A stretch of DNA of 64,000 bases from a candidate division WOR-3 bacterium (GTDB lineage: Bacteria > Hydrothermota > 32-111), in NCBI GenBank assembly GCA_037481815.1, contig JBBFKX010000001.1, positions 288,001 to 352,000 of the forward strand, in the 5' to 3' direction. The position numbers were made by a program, and so were the translations under genes. Shown piece after piece: positions 59,526-64,000 of the stretch (its first letter is position 1; each line of letters begins with the position of its first letter). The notes under the pieces are model-generated. The model was not told where the DNA came from, made no database searches, and saw nothing but the letters and a program-made list of their open reading frames with translations.

Positions 59526-60044
59526 ATGGATAAATATCAACATTTTGTAAAAACTTACCCTCTAATTTCAGCCTTCCTTCAATTTGCAATACTAGGATTT
59601 TTAGGTGAAGTTATTTCATACTCTTTAAGAAAACGATTAAAAAATATCGGAAACTTTTTTCAAATAATTTTAAAAATTTTAGGATGGGGAATTTTGGGTA
59701 TCATAATAAAAATGGGTTTTACTGGAAGCAAAGGTAGTTTGAAAGCATTAATCGCAAACAATATGTTGCCCAACATAATAGAAGGGACATTCTTATACGC
59801 TTTTTCTCTTTCCGTGTTAACCAATCTTTTTTTCGGGCCACAGATGATGTTGTTCCATCGGCTTGAAGAAAATTTGATAATGGGTAAAAAAGATTTTAAA
59901 GGTATCGAATTTTCTCTATTTTCCTTAATCTGGTTCTGGATACCAGCACATACTCTCACATTCTTATTACCCAAAGATTATCAAATCGGTATTGCCGCTT
60001 TATGGTCTATAGTTCTTGGTATAATTTTGAGTTTTAAAAAATAA
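59526..60044 (+). CDS. Membrane protein, Mpv17/PMP22-like
   Basis: QFAILG.LGE, NLFFGP.MM.FHR, WFWIPAHTLTF.LP. Confidence 0.6.
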   Translation: MDKYQHFVKTYPLISAFLQFAILGFLGEVISYSLRKRLKNIGNFFQIILKILGWGILGIIIKMGFTGSKGSLKALIANNMLPNIIEGTFLYAFSLSVLTNLFFGPQMMLFHRLEENLIMGKKDFKGIEFSLFSLIWFWIPAHTLTFLLPKDYQIGIAALWSIVLGIILSFKK

Positions 60045-60045
60045 A

Positions 60046-61287
60046 TTACTTGAAAACTTTTTTAAACTCTTTTCTGTTCAAAAAAAGTAAAAATGATGTT
60101 GATGCACAAATAAGTCCAAGAACAAGTAAAGTTTTAGAGATTCCAAGAACATTTTGCTTTATCAAAAATCCCGCGATCAAACTACCAATAGGAGCAGAAC
60201 CCAAAAAAGCCATATTGTACAAACTCATCACTCTTCCTCTTTTTTTATCATCAACAAAAAGTTGAATCAAGGTATTTCCAGATGAAACCTGAGATACTAC
60301 TCCAAAACCCAATATAAACAAAAAAATATAAAGAAAATATATATTACGAACAAAAGAGATTGAAATCAATGAGATTCCAAAAATAAGTCCCGCAAGAAAA
60401 AACTGTCTCATAACAACACTTATATTTTTTAAAGAAGCTATAAAGATTGCACCAGTTAAAGCTCCTATACCTATAAAAGAAAGGAGAAATCCTAAAGTAT
60501 CACCACCTTTTTTCAGAATCTCCTTCACATATACGGGAAGAACAACAGGATAACTCATTCCAAAAATTGAAATTATCACAACTATAATAAGTATGGAAAG
60601 GATTCCCTTGTGTTTAAAAGTATAATCTAAACCTTCTTTAAACTCATCGATAAAATTGATTGTTTTTAGTTTTATCCTTTCATGTTTTTCAAGTTTCATA
60701 AAGAATAGAGCGATCAAAACCGCTATAAAACTGATTCCGTTGATCAAAAAACAAACACCTTCATTCCACTTTGCAAGAACTATACCCGCAAATGTCGGGC
60801 CAAAAAATCTTGCACCATTGAACATTGCACTGTTTAAAGCGATAGCATTGGGTAAATCGATCTTATCAGAAACTATATCATAAACGAATGCCTGTCTTGC
60901 GGGAGCATCAAGAGCATTCATAATCCCCGTATACAAAGAAAGAATCAAAATGATTGGATATGAGACATATCCTTTACCTTTAAAATAAAAATATGTTAAA
61001 AGAAATGCTGATAACATCATGTTGATCTGAGTAAAATACAAAATTTTCCTTCGATCGATCCTATCAGCAATCACTCCACTGAAAGGTGTAACAAATATGT
61101 TGGGACTTAATGCTACAAATGATGTTAAACCAAGCAAAAAAGGTGAATTCGTGATTCTGTAAACAAGCCATGGAGAAGCTACCTGTTGCATCCATGTTCC
61201 GATCAATGATATTCCCTGTCCGAGGAAAAATAATCGGTAATTATAATATTTGAACGATCTGAATGTATTTTTTAAAAATTTAAACAT
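60046..61287 (-). CDS. MFS transporter (MFS_3-like)
   Basis: NYRLFFLGQGISLIGTWMQ, GVIADRIDRR, DAPARQA, NAIALNS, RGRVMS. Confidence 0.92.
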   Translation of the reverse strand: MFKFLKNTFRSFKYYNYRLFFLGQGISLIGTWMQQVASPWLVYRITNSPFLLGLTSFVALSPNIFVTPFSGVIADRIDRRKILYFTQINMMLSAFLLTYFYFKGKGYVSYPIILILSLYTGIMNALDAPARQAFVYDIVSDKIDLPNAIALNSAMFNGARFFGPTFAGIVLAKWNEGVCFLINGISFIAVLIALFFMKLEKHERIKLKTINFIDEFKEGLDYTFKHKGILSILIIVVIISIFGMSYPVVLPVYVKEILKKGGDTLGFLLSFIGIGALTGAIFIASLKNISVVMRQFFLAGLIFGISLISISFVRNIYFLYIFLFILGFGVVSQVSSGNTLIQLFVDDKKRGRVMSLYNMAFLGSAPIGSLIAGFLIKQNVLGISKTLLVLGLICASTSFLLFLNRKEFKKVFK

Positions 61288-61296
61288 AAGATACTC

Positions 61297-63378
61297 CTAT
61301 AAAGAATCATTATCTATATGAAATTCGAACTTTAAGTTTTTTAAATTTTCGCAAAGTTTAAAAACATTTCTAAAATCTTTATAGAATATAAATATTTCGG
61401 TTCTATAATAGTTTTTAACTTTTTCGATAAAGTTAAAACCTGGGGGGAAAATTTTTATATCGTTGTAAGAATTTGACTGTTCCAATATATCGTGTATCCT
61501 TTTAATGTTTTTCCATGCTTCTTCTCTGTTTTTATTTTTATGACTTATCTTTAATACTCTTTTATAAGGTGGAAAATTCCTTTCCTTTCTTTTCTCGTTC
61601 TCGATATCAAGAAACCTTTGATAATCGAGATTCTGAATAATATCAAAAATTTGTTGATTCTTTATACCAGTTTCGATTATTATCTTCCCCCGTTTTTCCC
61701 TTCTACCAGCTCTTCCGGAGGTTTGAATCAAAAGTTGCATAAACCTTTCCATGCTTCTTATATCTGGAAGATTTATTGTAGAATCAAAATTTAAAATAAG
61801 AACCGTTGATACATTTGGTACATCATAACCTTTTGAAACCATCTGTGTCCCAACAAGGATGTCAATTTTGTGATTCATAAAATTTTCAATTATTCTGTTT
61901 CTTTCACCTTTTCTTGATGTTGAATCGATATCAAATCTTTCTATTGTTTTATCTTTATATATTTTTTTAAAAATCGACTCAACCATCTCTGTTCCCCAGA
62001 TTCCAGCAGAGACCAACCTGCCACCACAGGTTTTACATCTTGAATCAAATGGTTTTTCATCAAGACAGTAATGACAAATAAAACTATTGCTTGATCTGTG
62101 GAAAGAATATGAAACCGAACAATTTTCACACTTAAAATATTCTCCACAATCTACACATCTATAAAGATTCAAATAACCTCTTCGATTTAGAAAAACGATA
62201 ACCTGTTCACCATCATCAAGAGAATTTGATATCTCGTCTAATGCTATCTGGGAAATCTTTTTACCATCATTCTCGTTAAAAACGATTTTTACTTCAGGTT
62301 TTTCTGTTCCAAGGAATCTTTTTTCAAGTTTTAAAAGTTCATACTTCTTATTCAAAACATTGTAATAGGTTTCAAGGGATGGGGTTGCAGAAACAAGAAG
62401 AACTGGAGAAGAAAAAAGTTTGCCTAAATATATTGAACAATCCCTCGCATTGTAAAACGGTGCCATATCATATTGTTTATATGAAATATCCTGTTCCTCA
62501 TCAACCACAACAGTCCCAAGATTTTTGAAAGGCAAAAAGATAGCTGATCTTGTGCCTATTATTATTCTCTTCTCTTGAGAATTTATTTTTTCAAAAAGAA
62601 AATTGAATTCACCTTTTGAAAGTTCCGAGTGTATCTTTGCTATATTTAATGAACCAAACAATTTCGAAAATATCTTGTAAACCTGTTCAACGAGGCCAAT
62701 TTCGGGAAGTAAAATCAGAATCTGTTTATTTGAATTTTCAAAAACATATTTTACAAATCTTATGTAAACTTCGGTTTTCCCTGTTGCTGGTTGACCATAC
62801 AGCAAAAATGTTTTAAATACTCGTTTATCAAAAGAGTTTCTTAATATTGAAAAGGCATTTTCCTGTTCATCAGTTAAAACCTTTTTATCATAATTCTCTT
62901 CGATATATGGAAAAAGGTCTTCTTTTATCACATTTTTTTCAATCAGAAGATCTAATTTTTCTTTTGATATTTTTTCAATCTCACTTTTTGAGAGTGCTCT
63001 TTTTTTTGTTTCATAAAATAGTTCAGTATATTCATAATCTTTCGAGATACATACATACTTTTTGGGGATCGAAATATTGTATGGTAAATAATTTTTAATG
63101 ATCAATCCTTTTGAAACGAAATAATATTTTGATAGCCACTCAATAAATTCAAATAACTTATCAGATATAACATTTTCATATACTTTTTGTTCTATCGGCT
63201 TAATATCTTTTATCTCACTATGATCTGAAAAACCATATACTAAACCAAAATATTTTTTATTCCTAAAATTAACCAGAACTATATCTCCTTTGGAAAGATT
63301 CAAAGTGAAATTTTCGGGTAAACAATAATCAAAGGTTTTATCAAGATCAACAGGTAAAAGTACTTTAACAATTTTCAT
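61297..63378 (-). CDS. priA: Primosomal protein N' (replication restart helicase)
   Basis: TGKTEVY, LPEI, GTRSA, DEEQD, SATPSLE, LNRRG, Cys-rich region, GTQMVSKG, GRAGR. Confidence 0.95.
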   Translation of the reverse strand: MKIVKVLLPVDLDKTFDYCLPENFTLNLSKGDIVLVNFRNKKYFGLVYGFSDHSEIKDIKPIEQKVYENVISDKLFEFIEWLSKYYFVSKGLIIKNYLPYNISIPKKYVCISKDYEYTELFYETKKRALSKSEIEKISKEKLDLLIEKNVIKEDLFPYIEENYDKKVLTDEQENAFSILRNSFDKRVFKTFLLYGQPATGKTEVYIRFVKYVFENSNKQILILLPEIGLVEQVYKIFSKLFGSLNIAKIHSELSKGEFNFLFEKINSQEKRIIIGTRSAIFLPFKNLGTVVVDEEQDISYKQYDMAPFYNARDCSIYLGKLFSSPVLLVSATPSLETYYNVLNKKYELLKLEKRFLGTEKPEVKIVFNENDGKKISQIALDEISNSLDDGEQVIVFLNRRGYLNLYRCVDCGEYFKCENCSVSYSFHRSSNSFICHYCLDEKPFDSRCKTCGGRLVSAGIWGTEMVESIFKKIYKDKTIERFDIDSTSRKGERNRIIENFMNHKIDILVGTQMVSKGYDVPNVSTVLILNFDSTINLPDIRSMERFMQLLIQTSGRAGRREKRGKIIIETGIKNQQIFDIIQNLDYQRFLDIENEKRKERNFPPYKRVLKISHKNKNREEAWKNIKRIHDILEQSNSYNDIKIFPPGFNFIEKVKNYYRTEIFIFYKDFRNVFKLCENLKNLKFEFHIDNDSL

Positions 63379-64000
63379 TTTGAAAACAAAATATAAAAAG
63401 TCGATTTAGGAATTATTAAAAAAAGTTTTACTCCATAAATAATAAATAGATAGAAAAAAAAGATAAAGAAAAATAGTGAAACAAGTATGAGAAGATATGA
63501 AATGATTGGGTATCTTTCAAGATCAGGTTGCTTCACAAACAGGATGTCCTTGATTGTTGCAGAAAGAAATTGTGAAAAAAAGAATCCAGAAAAGAAAAAA
63601 AGGAAACTCATATATCTTTCTTTTATAAAAAATGTAAGCAATATAAAAAAAATTGAAAACAAAGGTATAGTGTAAGGAGAGAGAGCAACAATAGGATTAA
63701 TTTTTTCTGTTTTTATCAATCCTCCACTTTTTGATGATGCTTTAAAAGAATAAATATTTTTAAAGGTTATAAATGCAAAAAACATATGTGTCATTTCATG
63801 TTGAAAAGTTTCAAAAAAACTTATATTTTCTTTCAACGGTTTTACAAAAAACCTTATAACAAGATACAGCAAAAAACCAACGATAAAGTTGTAATGGGCG
63901 GGAACGAAAGAGAAAGAAAAATCTCTATTGGCAAAGATGAAAACCCCATAACAAAATGAATAAAAAAATATTGTTGAATATACAAAAATTGAAAGTATCA
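63375..64000 (-). CDS. M50B-like membrane metallopeptidase (partial, 5' end beyond the window)
   Basis: TFQHEMTH (HExxH), GG, ALSPY, QPDL. The frame stays open to the window edge upstream of 63872. Confidence 0.65.
   Translation of the reverse strand, partial: ILSIFVYSTIFFYSFCYGVFIFANRDFSFSFVPAHYNFIVGFLLYLVIRFFVKPLKENISFFETFQHEMTHMFFAFITFKNIYSFKASSKSGGLIKTEKINPIVALSPYTIPLFSIFFILLTFFIKERYMSFLFFFSGFFFSQFLSATIKDILFVKQPDLERYPIISYLLILVSLFFFIFFFYLFIIYGVKLFLIIPKSTFYILFSK

Noticed and set aside
991..63675. Many short antisense or nested ORFs in the track (e.g. 13732..14193, 19677..20108, 41008..41430)
   Set aside because: They lie within well-supported genes, lack RBS and motifs, and look like shadow frames.
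1..64000. CRISPR array, rRNA, riboswitch, prophage or IS element
   Set aside because: No regularly spaced repeats or recognisable genes were seen and intergenic gaps are short. A covariance-model scan was not possible.

Overview
Gene-dense, very AT-rich bacterial chromosome segment (roughly 30% GC by eye, not computed). The organism is probably an anaerobic, peptide-fermenting diderm: it encodes Omp85/PorV-like barrels and T9SS-CTD-like proteases. A WOR-3/TA06-like lineage is plausible but unverified. Contents, left to right: the 5' part of an EPS/O-antigen operon (1-8.9 kb); a tRNA-Ala(GGC)-headed envelope operon; methylmalonyl-CoA mutase/epimerase, ptb, rpiB, fhs and pckA; a secreted protease cluster (M6, C25, Omp85-PD40-peptidase); housekeeping genes (yidD-like, recJ-like, scpA, fbp, ychF-like); porCDAB with buk; a tandem SGNH pair; a speD-pdaD-speE-speB polyamine operon; a crtI-crtB-lycopene cyclase cluster; a carboxyltransferase with biotin carrier; an MFS transporter; and priA. 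No CRISPR array, rRNA, integrase or intact transposase was seen. The strongest signals outside the ORF track are: (1) an SD-led 25-codon upstream ORF ending Pro-stop that overlaps the speD start, a candidate polyamine-sensing leader peptide; (2) 17 sigma70-like promoters that all have a 16-bp spacer, some giving leaderless mRNAs; (3) an unannotated 28-aa membrane peptide behind a perfect-consensus promoter; (4) an Omp85 gene with a probable CTG start and an intrinsic terminator inside its N-terminal coding sequence; (5) an SGNH paralog pair sharing an exact 347-bp block, one copy carrying an in-frame TAG; and (6) an aldolase/dehydrogenase/amidotransferase cassette that may build a branched sugar.
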